IMG/VR virus record: IMGVR_UViG_3300030118_000876
Location: 1-53,165 of that record
DNA from: a virus
Taxonomy: Duplodnaviria > Caudoviricetes
Reading direction: 5' to 3' (one strand)
Length of the DNA stretch: 53,165 nucleotides
The notes below the pieces were generated by a model that worked only from the letters and a program-made list of their open reading frames with translations, searched no databases and was not told the DNA's origin. Positions 16,888-27,320 of this stretch are shown here, in pieces (positions within the stretch are counted from its first letter, which is position 1; the number at the start of each line of letters is the position of its first letter). Made by a program: the position numbers and the translations under genes.

Positions 16888-17314
16888 GACAGCCACTGCT
16901 CTGATCTGTATGGCTCACGCTATATATTTCGAAGCTAGGTCTGAGTCTACAGCGGCTCAGATCGCAGTGGGTCATGTAATCCTTAACAGAGTAGAAGATC
17001 CTAGATTCCCTGACAACGTGTGTGAAGTTGTTACAGAAGGTGTAAGGTATAACACTGGCCAGATGAAAAGGGATAAGTGTCAGTTTAGTTTTTACTGCGA
17101 TGGTAAACCTGAAAGAGTCTATGAACACTTAGCATATATGAGAGCAGAAGCCTTATCATTTATAATTTTAGATAGCCATATGACATATGATATAACTGAT
17201 GGAGCTACGCACTATCATGCTACATACGTCAATCCTGTATGGGCAAATAGATTTACTAGGACTACCTGTATAGATAGCCACTGTTTCTATAGAGCAGATA
17301 CTAAAGATCGCTAG
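16877..17314 (+). CDS. Cell wall hydrolase (SleB/Hydrolase_2 family)
   Basis: CMAHAIYFEARSE, VILNRV, CQFSFYCDG, GATHYHATYV.P.W, HCFY. Confidence 0.9.
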   Translation: MILETATALICMAHAIYFEARSESTAAQIAVGHVILNRVEDPRFPDNVCEVVTEGVRYNTGQMKRDKCQFSFYCDGKPERVYEHLAYMRAEALSFIILDSHMTYDITDGATHYHATYVNPVWANRFTRTTCIDSHCFYRADTKDR

Positions 17315-20300
17315 GGTCTAAACCTAGAATCTCCATCATCTCATCAATCTCACTTCTTACATTCTTAGGTGCAATCTTTCTGTACCTAAGCACAGTTGGT
17401 TGTCTAGCCATCTTGAGAGATTTATTAGCAGACCTTACAAAGTTTCTAAACTCAAACTCTGTTCCTCTATGCTCTCGGTTATGTTCAGCAACCATTTGAA
17501 GAATTCTATTAGCTTCATCTATGTCATTATTCAGACTAGCTTTTACATATGCTTGTGTGTAGTTCAGCTTCATTGATTTGACGTAAGCATCTGAAAACTT
17601 GTTTATACGAACTATGTCATTGGACACCGTCGCGATAGAAGGATAAAAACCCATCATTCTTACAAGAGCAACGTGCAGTGGGACATCATTAGATATTACA
17701 TTACCTTTTGCATTTGTGATTCTACCATCGCTTAGATAAGTAAACCCATCTGCTACACCTCTAACAGCAGATACTGGTGAATCACGAAGAATATCTACAA
17801 ACCTAGTAGTATCATCCTTCAACCCTATGACCTCTGCACCATACTTTGCAAGCGCACCTGTAGTCATAATAGCACCTTGGATACCATTATATACTGGCCC
17901 TACAAAGTTTTCTGCTTCACGCCAAGGATCAGCACCTGCTTTGAATACACCAGTTAAAGGTATAAGGTCACCGAATCCAAGCCTTGTGGATATTGTACCA
18001 CCAAAAGCTCTATCCAAAATACCACGCATTACAAATGGGGAAGCACCGGGAACTAGAGCATCACTAAATTTCATGATCTCTTTTTCTACACTACCCATTT
18101 TGATGCCAAACTTTTGAGCAAGTGTATCAACTAGATCCATAAGATCATCAGCAAATGGGATACCTTTTACACCGGACAGCAGTAAGAGTAGACCTAAGAA
18201 GTATAGTCTTCCCTTGTAGTTCATACCTCTCATCAGTTCCACACTGATGATAACAAACTGTTTATACATAAAGATATATTGAAGGAAGTTACCCCTAGCC
18301 ATTTCAGGTCTGTTATACATAGCGTATTCACCCTGAGATGTGTTCACAGCTTTACGTCCAAACTCTGCTGCACGTTCTTGTGCGTCAGCAAGGCTAGCAC
18401 CTGCTGCTAGTTGTCTATCTCTTTCCAATCTGTACGCAGCTAGATATGTAGTTCTACGGTTCATTTGCTCCGTAAATGAGAACATATACATCCAGCCTTT
18501 AATCGCTGCTGCTGTCTTATTACTGTTTACACCACCTCTTGCTGTACCAACTAGAGCATTAAACTGAGCAGCTTGAAGCACACCCTCGGCTGTAGCATCT
18601 CGTAAGGCTACGGCTTCATCTTCACTTAAACCATGTTTGTCTTGTAGTTCTTGGCTAGTTGCTACTTCATTTACGTAAGCAAACTCAGCAAGCTTACCAT
18701 TCTTCATATTCCTTGCAGCACGAACCATAGCTGCACCAGATGCACTGAAACCAAATCCTCCACCATAACCACGCTTTGGATTGTATGTGGCTAAATAAGG
18801 AACAGAGTGAGTTACCATAGACACTGCGTTAACCGCAGATGTAGCTACAGATCCACCGAGTTGGAATAAAACAGCTATAAGTTTTAACCTAGATCCTACT
18901 TCACCAGACAGTATATCCTCAGTAGAAGAATCAATATTAGCTGCATCACTAAACCATGTAAGGGTTCGTTTAGCTTCTTCTTTAAATTCTTCACCCCTAC
19001 CTAGTGTTGCTTCTTTTACAGCTTTTCTTTCTGCGCCTTCACCTCTGTATATATTTACAGTTCTACCGTCTCGTACATCGGCACTGTATTTATACTTGAA
19101 CGCATAGTCATCATACTCTTGTCTTGCAGTTTGAATCTGTTCTTGATTACCTACTCGTTCAGCACGAAGCATAGCTTCTTCAAGTCTTTTTAGCTTGGCA
19201 GGATTACCTCTCCACATATTATTATCAAGCATGATTTTATTTAGTCGATGCCTGTAATATGTCTTACCAGCCATATGACCTTGTGTTTCTAGATGCTCAG
19301 ATACACTACGAATTACATCTGTATCCCAGCCTGCTACACCTGATCTCTGAAGGTTACGCCTTGCTCGCTCTCCTTGTGCAGTCAAAGCTACAGTAAGTCG
19401 TTCACGTTCAGATGGGTTGATACCAATATCAAGCCTTGTTAGTACATTGATAAACTCAGATAGATTTACTGTATCAGTAAGTGGTTGTGACTGTGCTGCT
19501 TTACCAAAGTCCGAAACAAATTTTACATCTACTTCGTTACCATCTTTATCAAGTACTTTGAATGTCTGCTCACCAAATGATTCATTTAGCTTTTGTTGTA
19601 TAACTCTAGCTTCTTCCCTTGTTTCTGTTTGGAAATAGGGCATAGAGCCTTTGTATGATTCTTCTAGAAGCACATCTTGGCCTGCTGAATTAACAGCTTT
19701 GACCATAACTTGGAACTTACCTCGTCTGGTAAATGGTACATACGCACCCATAATGGTACGCTTAGCCAAGAACTCAGCGTTGGCGTTCTTAACATCAAGC
19801 AAGTAAATATTCTGAATTGTATTAGTAATCTGATTAGCTTGGTTAGAACTAAATCCGATTGCGTTAAGCCTTTGCAGCCCGTCAATAATATCTCTAAAGT
19901 TCTCATCTTGGAACTTAGATGCTTTTTCATTAGGGTTAGCTGTTACCCAATCATTTACTTTTGATTGCTCAAACAAAGCACGATTAATTTCTCGTATAAA
20001 ATCACGAGCGTTCTCTACAGATTCATCGTTATAACGAAGACCAGATCCTTCTGCGACAGCATTTTCTTTATATAGTCTTGTGTACTCTTGGATAACTCTA
20101 TCCAGAATATTGATTTCTACACTGGTAGGTGCATTACCAGATGTACCTGTCATATTTTTAAATGTCTCTAAAGCATCATTCTTCTGTTGGAGTGCCGCCC
20201 CAAGATTAGCTTCAAGTACATCAAGTGCAGACTGGTTTACTGCAGCTCTTTGTTCTTGGTATATACGCCATACATTTTCTCTATCTACTCGTTGGCCAGA

Positions 20301-23300
20301 CTGTTGAGCTGCTTGTTCATAGTTAGGTCTATATGTACCGGACGGATCCTGACCTTCTGGTACAACATCTAGTGTATATGAGATTCCAGCATCAAATTCT
20401 TCTTGAGTTATTTCACCTGCTTGTTTGACTTGCTCAAAAGCATTAGGGTCAATAATAACATTACCATCTGGATCTGCTACAGCTAGTTTAGGAGCAGCCC
20501 TAATCATAGCTTCTGTTACAGCTTTACCTTTATTCAAAGCTGCATATGCAAGCATCTCACCAGCAAGGTTTAGTTCTGCTTCTGTTGGGCCTTGACCGAA
20601 TCCCATCCAATTAGGAGCATGAGAGAAGGCTGTAAGTCTAGCATACTCAGCATGTAGCCTTCTGACCCTAGCTGATTGAGATTGGAATATCTTAAATACC
20701 TCTGACAGACCCTCTGATTTATGAGCTAGGTTGTCTAGAGTTTGTACTTTCTGTAGTGCTGCGCCCACATAGTTAGCAACGTCTGAGATAGTATCTTTAC
20801 CCCCACGTCTCTTAACCATCTCAGAAAAGCCTGTAAAACTACCGAATGGGCCGGTGTTTTTATTCATTCCAAACTGAGTAAATAGCGTGGATGCTAGGTC
20901 TGCTCTATCATTCTCTACAGAATAACGTCCAAACATACTGTCACGTTGTAGACGTTTGAGGTTTTTGCTCAACTGTTGCGCAGATACAACACCGCGGCCA
21001 CCTGTACGTAAGTTTCTACGTGATTGACTAATGAAGTACCGGGCAAGATCATCAGGGAATGTCATGCCTAGTCTATTCATAAAGTTTCTGACAGCAGTCC
21101 AGAATCTTGCAACCAGTGATATATCTAGGTTAGCAGCTGCATCAGCTAATGCTTCTTCTACAGCTTCCATCTTATCCATACCACGATCTATATTACGATC
21201 AGCTACAGCACGAATATGTCCGTCAGTTCTATATATCTCTCTGAAGATTGCATTCATTCTATCACGAGGCATAAAGGCTCTGAATCCAAAGTGGCCTAGT
21301 GCTTCGTGAGCTACTACAAATCTTACTTGTTGTTCAGTCTTAGCAAAGTCACTGAAGATAATAATCTGATCACCAACAGAAAAACCTACAGCATTTATCT
21401 GACCAAAATCACCATTAGGTCTACTTGCTGCAGCTCTTTCATATAGCTTAGGATTAGTAGCTCGTAGGTCTTCAGCATTTTTAACTACAGTTACAGTTGG
21501 CTTAGCTCGTAATTTTTTAAGAACCTGCTTAACAATAAGCTCAATCTTACCTTTTGGTACTGGATTAGTAATCGGCGCACCATCTGCTCTAAAGAAGTTA
21601 CCATCTTCTTTGGTATCATACTGACCGAACAGATCATCATCTCTGATACTACGTGTATCTGCAGCTGCAGCTTCTGCACTTCTTATACCCTCAAGGAACT
21701 CACGCTCACGCTCTGCTGCTTTTAGTCTAGCTGCAGCAATAGTCTTCTGTCTTTCCTGAAGTTGTTGTGGTGTAAATGTCTTTGTGGTTGGTACGAATCG
21801 ACCATCGCCACTTCTTACCAGTTTAATCTCACCGTTTTCGTTAAAGTATTCTTTTAGTTTTGTGCCTCTACCCATTCTAAATTCTGGGTCTGCATCAGCG
21901 TACAACCTGTTAAGACGTTTAATTTCTTTTGAATTTTCTCGTTTGATTTGAACTATAGCTTCATCTCTGATCTGTAAATCAATCTGCTTCTCAAGCTCAA
22001 GACTAGCTATTTCTTTTACTCGTTCGTTAGCAGTACGAGTATCTTCTGAAGCTGCCACTTCTCTAGTAGCTTCTTGTGTTTCTTGTGCAACTGGTTCTGC
22101 TACAACTTCTGGCTGCTTAGCTTTATACCAAGCTGGCATTGCTAGCAGTCTAGATTCTAGTCTATCAAATAGGTTTCGTTCAGCTGCGTAAGCAACCCAA
22201 GGTCTGTCTTTACCAGCTGCAGTACCATTTAGTTTATCATTAAGATTAGCTTCTGCTACAAATGCTTCATCCATAGCCTGTTGTTGAGCAGCACTAAACT
22301 GAGTTGTATTAATATAAGCCTGTGCTCTTGCTCGTACACTAGGCTGACCACCTGCAGTTTTCTTTGTTAGGTTTGTATCACCATTAAAGTACGCAAGATC
22401 CATAATGGTTTGTGCTGCATACTCTAAAGTTGTGCCATTCTGTATGGTACTTTCATCAAACAGAGCAATAGCTTCCTGTAGTTCTTCTAGATTAGTTAGT
22501 GTTATATTTTCTCTAGCTTCATCATACAGAGCTTTTGTTTTTTCATATGTGACTGTACCATCGGCAACCATAGCTTCGAACTTACGACGCTGACCTTCTG
22601 GTAAACGATCTAGTTCAACAGCACCTTCAATACCCATGTCTTCCCATGCTTCATACGGAGAAGCATATAGGGATGCTACACGAGTGTCTTCGGCGCTATC
22701 CGGTTGCCTATCTTGTTGTGTTTGATCTGCTGGTTGCGCAGCTTGTTGCTGGCTACCTTTCCGAAGGGCTTCTGCCGAGACTGCTTCTTGGCGTTGGATC
22801 TCGCTAGTCGGCGTCGCTCTGAGTCGCTCGGCTGGCCTATCCGCTGTGGTAGTTTCTTGTTCTTGGGTGTCTCTGCTTCGAACTGTTTCGCTATCTCTGG
22901 CTTGTTCGCTTGGAGCCACTTCTTCTGTGCTTCGCTCTTGAACGGCATCTTGTCCTCTCCTTAAGTTAGTAGCTGCAGGAGCTACAGGCTCATCGAAAGG
23001 TAACGGCAGTTGACCTGCCTGCTCTAGCTCAGCAGTGGTTGGTAGTGTTTCTACAGGTGTTGCAGCTTGTGGGCCTCTACGCAAAGCTCTTTGAGCAAAT
23101 GGTACACCCATCCCCGGAAGGGATAACTGCCTAGGAGGTAGCGGTGTACGCTCCACCGTTGGCATTTTAAGCTGTGTATTTTCTGCAGTTAGTCTATCAT
23201 TCTCAGCAAGAATTTGTTCGACTCTTGCATTTTGAAGCTCTTGAATCTGTTCTTGTTGACGTTGTTGTAGAGCCATATCGAACTCACGCTGCCTCTGCGC

Positions 23301-25505
23301 ACGTTCTCTTTCAAGCTGTGCTTCTTGTCTGGCAGTCTGTGCTTCAATCTTTGCGTCTTGTTCTGCAACTTGGGCAGCTCTTAAAAGCTCTTGACCCATA
23401 GCAGTTTGCTGTACTTCAGGCTGCTGCGCTGCAATCTTCGCTGCTGCAATGGTTGGGTTTTCTAGTGGTAGTTGTTGCTGACCAGTAACTTGGTCTTCTA
23501 GTGCTTGATTTGACGTAGACACAGCCTGTCCTGCAGGATCAACTACAACTGTCTGGTTATTTAGAGCCTGCTCTACTGTGTTATTGGTATCACCTTGTGT
23601 CCCATCTGCGGCAACTGGAGCTTGTGTTGTGGCACCTTGATTCCGCAATCGTTGGATATCAAAGTATACATCTTCATTAGGAATACCTAAATCTCTATAG
23701 TTACGAGCTGGGCCAATACGTTGTATATCAGCTTTTTGTTGGTCAGTAAGAGGATAGTTTGGGTCTATTAAATCAGGCGCATAACCCGGGTTATAAGAAA
23801 CAAACTCATCATCTGACATTGTAAGAAGTCTAGGATTCTGCCGAATAAGTTCTTCTGCTGTTTGACTAGGTAGAGGACGTTGACCTTGTCCCATTTCTTC
23901 AGCAGAGAATAATTCACCTTGAGTTCCACTAGGAGCAGGAAGGGCCGCTACAGAGGGAGGAGCTGGAAGGGCACCTGCAACCCTGCTCTCTAGTGGATTA
24001 GGGCTAGGGTTTTCTGGATCAACTGGATCTGAAGTACTTTCTGGTTCAGGATTGTTGTCACTATTGAGTAAGTCAGTTGGTTGTCCTTTTCTTAGATTTG
24101 CTACGCCACCGATAGGCCCACCTACACCAAAACCTGCAGCGAAAGCATTTAAAAGTCGTTTACCTGTTTCTGCATCACCAAGTTGGTTAGTGCTAGAAAG
24201 AAGTATAGCTTCTTGGCCTAGTTCTGTAAGACCTTCAAGAGCACCACCAACTGCAAAACCTTTACCTGCTCTACTAGCAATACCACCTTTTGCCATACCT
24301 GATGGAGATAAAGCAGAGTTAGGTACACCAAGGATTCTACCAGCTAAGAAAAATTCAGGAATTACTTCTAATGCAGCATAAGGTATAGCACCTAGTAGAG
24401 CTGTGCCTCTATCACCTACACCTGTGTCTCTTACTTCACCATAAATGTCAGCGACACCCATACCGTAAGCACCTGTCGTAGTACCAAGGAAAGCACCTCC
24501 AGCAATAGCTTGGTTTCTACCAGCCTGAGATGCTTTTGTAGCACCAGCTAAAAGTGCATCATCAAAGAAATCTTTACCTTTTGTAGCTACTCCAGATCTA
24601 CCAACATAAAATGCAGCTGGATTCTTAATCTGAGCAGCACCTGTAATACCTGCAACTTCACGAAGAAGTTTTTTCTCACCGTTGGTAAGAACTTGTCCTT
24701 TCATATATTTTTTAGCTGCAGCAAGTACGCTTTGTTTAAATGATTCTTTACCCATAAGAGCAAGAACACCACCACCTACAGCTGTAAATGGGTTAGCACC
24801 ACCGCCTGCAACTGCACCTGCACCCGCTCCGACCAAAGCCGTAGCAATAGATTCAAAGAGCATTGGCCCTTGTTGGGCTAGGTTAGCTACAAACCAGTCA
24901 ATAGCACCATGAGATTCATCACCAAGCTCAATACCAGTAAACTCACGTTGGTATGGTTGGTTATAATAAAGTTCTTTTACTGCTTCGTTTACCCAGTCTT
25001 GACCTGTTTCTTCAGCACCAAGGAACTGCATACCTCGACCAGCAAGTAGTTTTAGATTACTACCACCGATCTCAAAGTTACGTGCAGCCAAGTTACCAAG
25101 GCTAGGATTTTCAATATTTTTAATATATCCAGCGTAAGTATCAGGAGATACTTGCTGCCAATCATAGCCAGCTGGAGCTAGCTTTGGTGGTTGAGTTAAA
25201 AACTCTTTAGACTGTACAGCAGAACTGGCATCATCTGCATCAAACAGAGCACCATTTACAAACATCTTGTTGGTTGATGGACTATATAATACCTGAGGCC
25301 CACTGACTTGTGGCTTATTTAAACTAGGCATTTCAAACTGAGAGCTGTTAACTAGGCTATCACCTAATGCAGCCATGTCTGCAAGACCGCCTCCCAGTGC
25401 TCCTATACCTACATCAGTTTGTGGTCGGAAAGGGTTACCAAGAGGGTCTAAGTCCATTGCTGTGAGGGTCGTACTCCCAAACGGTTTTAGACCTGCTTTT
25501 GCCAT
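17301..25505 (-). CDS. Giant internal virion/ejection protein (2734 aa) with zincin-like HExxGH motif
   Basis: Last gene of the structural arm; Gly/Ala-rich hydrophobic N-terminal region, Q/P-rich linker, VAHEALGHFG, helical C-terminus. Confidence 0.75.
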   Translation of the reverse strand: MAKAGLKPFGSTTLTAMDLDPLGNPFRPQTDVGIGALGGGLADMAALGDSLVNSSQFEMPSLNKPQVSGPQVLYSPSTNKMFVNGALFDADDASSAVQSKEFLTQPPKLAPAGYDWQQVSPDTYAGYIKNIENPSLGNLAARNFEIGGSNLKLLAGRGMQFLGAEETGQDWVNEAVKELYYNQPYQREFTGIELGDESHGAIDWFVANLAQQGPMLFESIATALVGAGAGAVAGGGANPFTAVGGGVLALMGKESFKQSVLAAAKKYMKGQVLTNGEKKLLREVAGITGAAQIKNPAAFYVGRSGVATKGKDFFDDALLAGATKASQAGRNQAIAGGAFLGTTTGAYGMGVADIYGEVRDTGVGDRGTALLGAIPYAALEVIPEFFLAGRILGVPNSALSPSGMAKGGIASRAGKGFAVGGALEGLTELGQEAILLSSTNQLGDAETGKRLLNAFAAGFGVGGPIGGVANLRKGQPTDLLNSDNNPEPESTSDPVDPENPSPNPLESRVAGALPAPPSVAALPAPSGTQGELFSAEEMGQGQRPLPSQTAEELIRQNPRLLTMSDDEFVSYNPGYAPDLIDPNYPLTDQQKADIQRIGPARNYRDLGIPNEDVYFDIQRLRNQGATTQAPVAADGTQGDTNNTVEQALNNQTVVVDPAGQAVSTSNQALEDQVTGQQQLPLENPTIAAAKIAAQQPEVQQTAMGQELLRAAQVAEQDAKIEAQTARQEAQLERERAQRQREFDMALQQRQQEQIQELQNARVEQILAENDRLTAENTQLKMPTVERTPLPPRQLSLPGMGVPFAQRALRRGPQAATPVETLPTTAELEQAGQLPLPFDEPVAPAATNLRRGQDAVQERSTEEVAPSEQARDSETVRSRDTQEQETTTADRPAERLRATPTSEIQRQEAVSAEALRKGSQQQAAQPADQTQQDRQPDSAEDTRVASLYASPYEAWEDMGIEGAVELDRLPEGQRRKFEAMVADGTVTYEKTKALYDEARENITLTNLEELQEAIALFDESTIQNGTTLEYAAQTIMDLAYFNGDTNLTKKTAGGQPSVRARAQAYINTTQFSAAQQQAMDEAFVAEANLNDKLNGTAAGKDRPWVAYAAERNLFDRLESRLLAMPAWYKAKQPEVVAEPVAQETQEATREVAASEDTRTANERVKEIASLELEKQIDLQIRDEAIVQIKRENSKEIKRLNRLYADADPEFRMGRGTKLKEYFNENGEIKLVRSGDGRFVPTTKTFTPQQLQERQKTIAAARLKAAEREREFLEGIRSAEAAAADTRSIRDDDLFGQYDTKEDGNFFRADGAPITNPVPKGKIELIVKQVLKKLRAKPTVTVVKNAEDLRATNPKLYERAAASRPNGDFGQINAVGFSVGDQIIIFSDFAKTEQQVRFVVAHEALGHFGFRAFMPRDRMNAIFREIYRTDGHIRAVADRNIDRGMDKMEAVEEALADAAANLDISLVARFWTAVRNFMNRLGMTFPDDLARYFISQSRRNLRTGGRGVVSAQQLSKNLKRLQRDSMFGRYSVENDRADLASTLFTQFGMNKNTGPFGSFTGFSEMVKRRGGKDTISDVANYVGAALQKVQTLDNLAHKSEGLSEVFKIFQSQSARVRRLHAEYARLTAFSHAPNWMGFGQGPTEAELNLAGEMLAYAALNKGKAVTEAMIRAAPKLAVADPDGNVIIDPNAFEQVKQAGEITQEEFDAGISYTLDVVPEGQDPSGTYRPNYEQAAQQSGQRVDRENVWRIYQEQRAAVNQSALDVLEANLGAALQQKNDALETFKNMTGTSGNAPTSVEINILDRVIQEYTRLYKENAVAEGSGLRYNDESVENARDFIREINRALFEQSKVNDWVTANPNEKASKFQDENFRDIIDGLQRLNAIGFSSNQANQITNTIQNIYLLDVKNANAEFLAKRTIMGAYVPFTRRGKFQVMVKAVNSAGQDVLLEESYKGSMPYFQTETREEARVIQQKLNESFGEQTFKVLDKDGNEVDVKFVSDFGKAAQSQPLTDTVNLSEFINVLTRLDIGINPSERERLTVALTAQGERARRNLQRSGVAGWDTDVIRSVSEHLETQGHMAGKTYYRHRLNKIMLDNNMWRGNPAKLKRLEEAMLRAERVGNQEQIQTARQEYDDYAFKYKYSADVRDGRTVNIYRGEGAERKAVKEATLGRGEEFKEEAKRTLTWFSDAANIDSSTEDILSGEVGSRLKLIAVLFQLGGSVATSAVNAVSMVTHSVPYLATYNPKRGYGGGFGFSASGAAMVRAARNMKNGKLAEFAYVNEVATSQELQDKHGLSEDEAVALRDATAEGVLQAAQFNALVGTARGGVNSNKTAAAIKGWMYMFSFTEQMNRRTTYLAAYRLERDRQLAAGASLADAQERAAEFGRKAVNTSQGEYAMYNRPEMARGNFLQYIFMYKQFVIISVELMRGMNYKGRLYFLGLLLLLSGVKGIPFADDLMDLVDTLAQKFGIKMGSVEKEIMKFSDALVPGASPFVMRGILDRAFGGTISTRLGFGDLIPLTGVFKAGADPWREAENFVGPVYNGIQGAIMTTGALAKYGAEVIGLKDDTTRFVDILRDSPVSAVRGVADGFTYLSDGRITNAKGNVISNDVPLHVALVRMMGFYPSIATVSNDIVRINKFSDAYVKSMKLNYTQAYVKASLNNDIDEANRILQMVAEHNREHRGTEFEFRNFVRSANKSLKMARQPTVLRYRKIAPKNVRSEIDEMMEILGLDPSDL
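22676..22948 (-). CDS. Nested +1-frame basic protein (MPFKSEAQKKWL...), 90 aa
   Basis: Own SD TAAGGAG 8 nt upstream of ATG; N-terminus resembles stand-alone small phage proteins starting MPFKS..Q (recall). Confidence 0.65.
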   Translation of the reverse strand: MPFKSEAQKKWLQANKPEIAKQFEAETPKNKKLPQRIGQPSDSERRRLARSNAKKQSRQKPFGKVASNKLRNQQIKHNKIGNRIAPKTLV

Positions 25506-27310
25506 TACTCACCCTTGTTAATTCTATTTAGTGCATCTACGAATGCGTTACCAGAACCAGTTGCTACAGCTGGAGGAATCATAGGTTGTAGTTGTGGCCC
25601 AAAAGTTTCTTTATCATCTGGCCCCATTATTTTTGCTTGAGGGTTAAAGAAATATAGTACGCCGTTGATAACTACTGTACCTGTGCCATCGCCTCTACCT
25701 GTTGCTTTAAATTCACCATTAGCTTGCTTAATCATTTCAAGAAACAGTGCAGCTTTATCTTTAAGCTCTTGTACTTTGATCTCTTTGATCATAATAGCTT
25801 GCTGTTTTTGTAATTCTTTTTGTATATCAATACCAGCTTCAAACAACTTCATACTCTTTTGGCCAGCAAGTTTATTCATTGAATCACGGAAGTTGGAATC
25901 AAAAGTAAGTCTTAGTTCCTGCACCAACGCCGGTTCTGATACGTCAGTTTTATAATACTCACCATCTACAGTAATATTAAATTTACCGTCTGTACGTGGT
26001 ATAATTCGAACATCCCTACCAGAATACATAGACCATACCATAGCGGCTTTAGCTGTGTTACCAAACTTAAGATCATTTAGACCTTGCATAGCTTGAAGGT
26101 ATAAAAGTTTTTGATCTACTTGAGCGATAGATGCTCTGGCTGTTAGTGCTTTAGATTCAGCGTCATTAGCAAGATCAATATACTTTTCATAACTATCAAA
26201 GTTACCATTAAGTCTAGCAATTTCAGCAAACCTAGCAAACTCAGCAGCTCTTTGATTGAATCTTTCAACTATTCGTGCAGCTTGCTTCCTTGTTTCAAGA
26301 ACGTATTTTGTATCTTGACCAGCTCTACTTGGGTTAGCTAGATACATTGCATCGTTAAATATACTATTTGATCCAGCTGATGAACCATCGTTGTTAACAG
26401 TCTCAGTGCCAAACAAAGCTGTATTAGTATCTGCTACAATCTGATTAACTTCACCATCAGTTTTTTGTAAAGAGCTTACGTTCTCAGTAGATTTAGCTGT
26501 ATTACCTGTATTTGCAGACTGAGCTTCAGTTACAACTTCAGCATCAGTAGTTTTCTTTGTATCTTTTTTGTCTGTACTTGTATCTGTAATTTGAGATACT
26601 GTAGTTCCTTTAGCTGTTTTATATTCTTGATACCAACCTGTAGGATCAATCGCAGCTGCAGTAAGTTGGTTTGGATATTTTTGAAAGTGTTGCCTAGCTT
26701 CGTCAGTACGGAACCAATCAGCTGCCTCTACAGATTTACTTCTTTCCAATGCTTGTTGAGGGTTATCAGTAAAGTAACCTTTTATACGACCAAGAGGAGA
26801 ACCTGCAAGCCTATCGCCGTAACCAATTGCTGCTCTAACAGCAATTTTTTCCATCAGTGCTTGGAACTGACTGTTTGCAAACAACTTTGTAACATCTTGT
26901 ACAAAAGCTGAAGACTCAGGATCAACTTGATCAATACCAACTGTACCAGAAAAACCTATCTTAGCCATAGGATCATCAGGTTCTTCTACTTTTGTAGTAA
27001 CAACCTCATCTTTTTTAGTCTCTGTTTTTTCTGGAGCTACATAGGTAGTAGTGTCGGCTATAGGAGGTAGTTTTTCAACTTTAACTTCAGGAGTTGTTAC
27101 AACACCAACCTGAGGAGAGCCAAAACCCGAAGCATCAAACGTAGGCGCACTGCCTATACCAACAGTCCTGTCAACCATAGGACTATCTAACTTCATCCTA
27201 TCAAGACGTTCTTGTTCTATACGCTGCAGTTGCTGCAGTTTAATTTGATTCTCAGCGCCTCTGTTAAAGGCTTGTGGATCTATGCCTAAAGCTTCTCCTA
27301 GGATACTCAT
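25505..27310 (-). CDS. Putative internal virion/ejection protein
   Basis: Position immediately before the giant gene; helical, T/K-rich linkers. Confidence 0.6.
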   Translation of the reverse strand: MSILGEALGIDPQAFNRGAENQIKLQQLQRIEQERLDRMKLDSPMVDRTVGIGSAPTFDASGFGSPQVGVVTTPEVKVEKLPPIADTTTYVAPEKTETKKDEVVTTKVEEPDDPMAKIGFSGTVGIDQVDPESSAFVQDVTKLFANSQFQALMEKIAVRAAIGYGDRLAGSPLGRIKGYFTDNPQQALERSKSVEAADWFRTDEARQHFQKYPNQLTAAAIDPTGWYQEYKTAKGTTVSQITDTSTDKKDTKKTTDAEVVTEAQSANTGNTAKSTENVSSLQKTDGEVNQIVADTNTALFGTETVNNDGSSAGSNSIFNDAMYLANPSRAGQDTKYVLETRKQAARIVERFNQRAAEFARFAEIARLNGNFDSYEKYIDLANDAESKALTARASIAQVDQKLLYLQAMQGLNDLKFGNTAKAAMVWSMYSGRDVRIIPRTDGKFNITVDGEYYKTDVSEPALVQELRLTFDSNFRDSMNKLAGQKSMKLFEAGIDIQKELQKQQAIMIKEIKVQELKDKAALFLEMIKQANGEFKATGRGDGTGTVVINGVLYFFNPQAKIMGPDDKETFGPQLQPMIPPAVATGSGNAFVDALNRINKGE

Positions 27311-27320
27311 AAGCTATCCC

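Noticed and set aside
22704-22964. Antisense 86-aa ORF over the nested gene
   Set aside because: Explained by stop-codon scarcity in a dual-coding, CG-richer segment; no SD or promoter seen.
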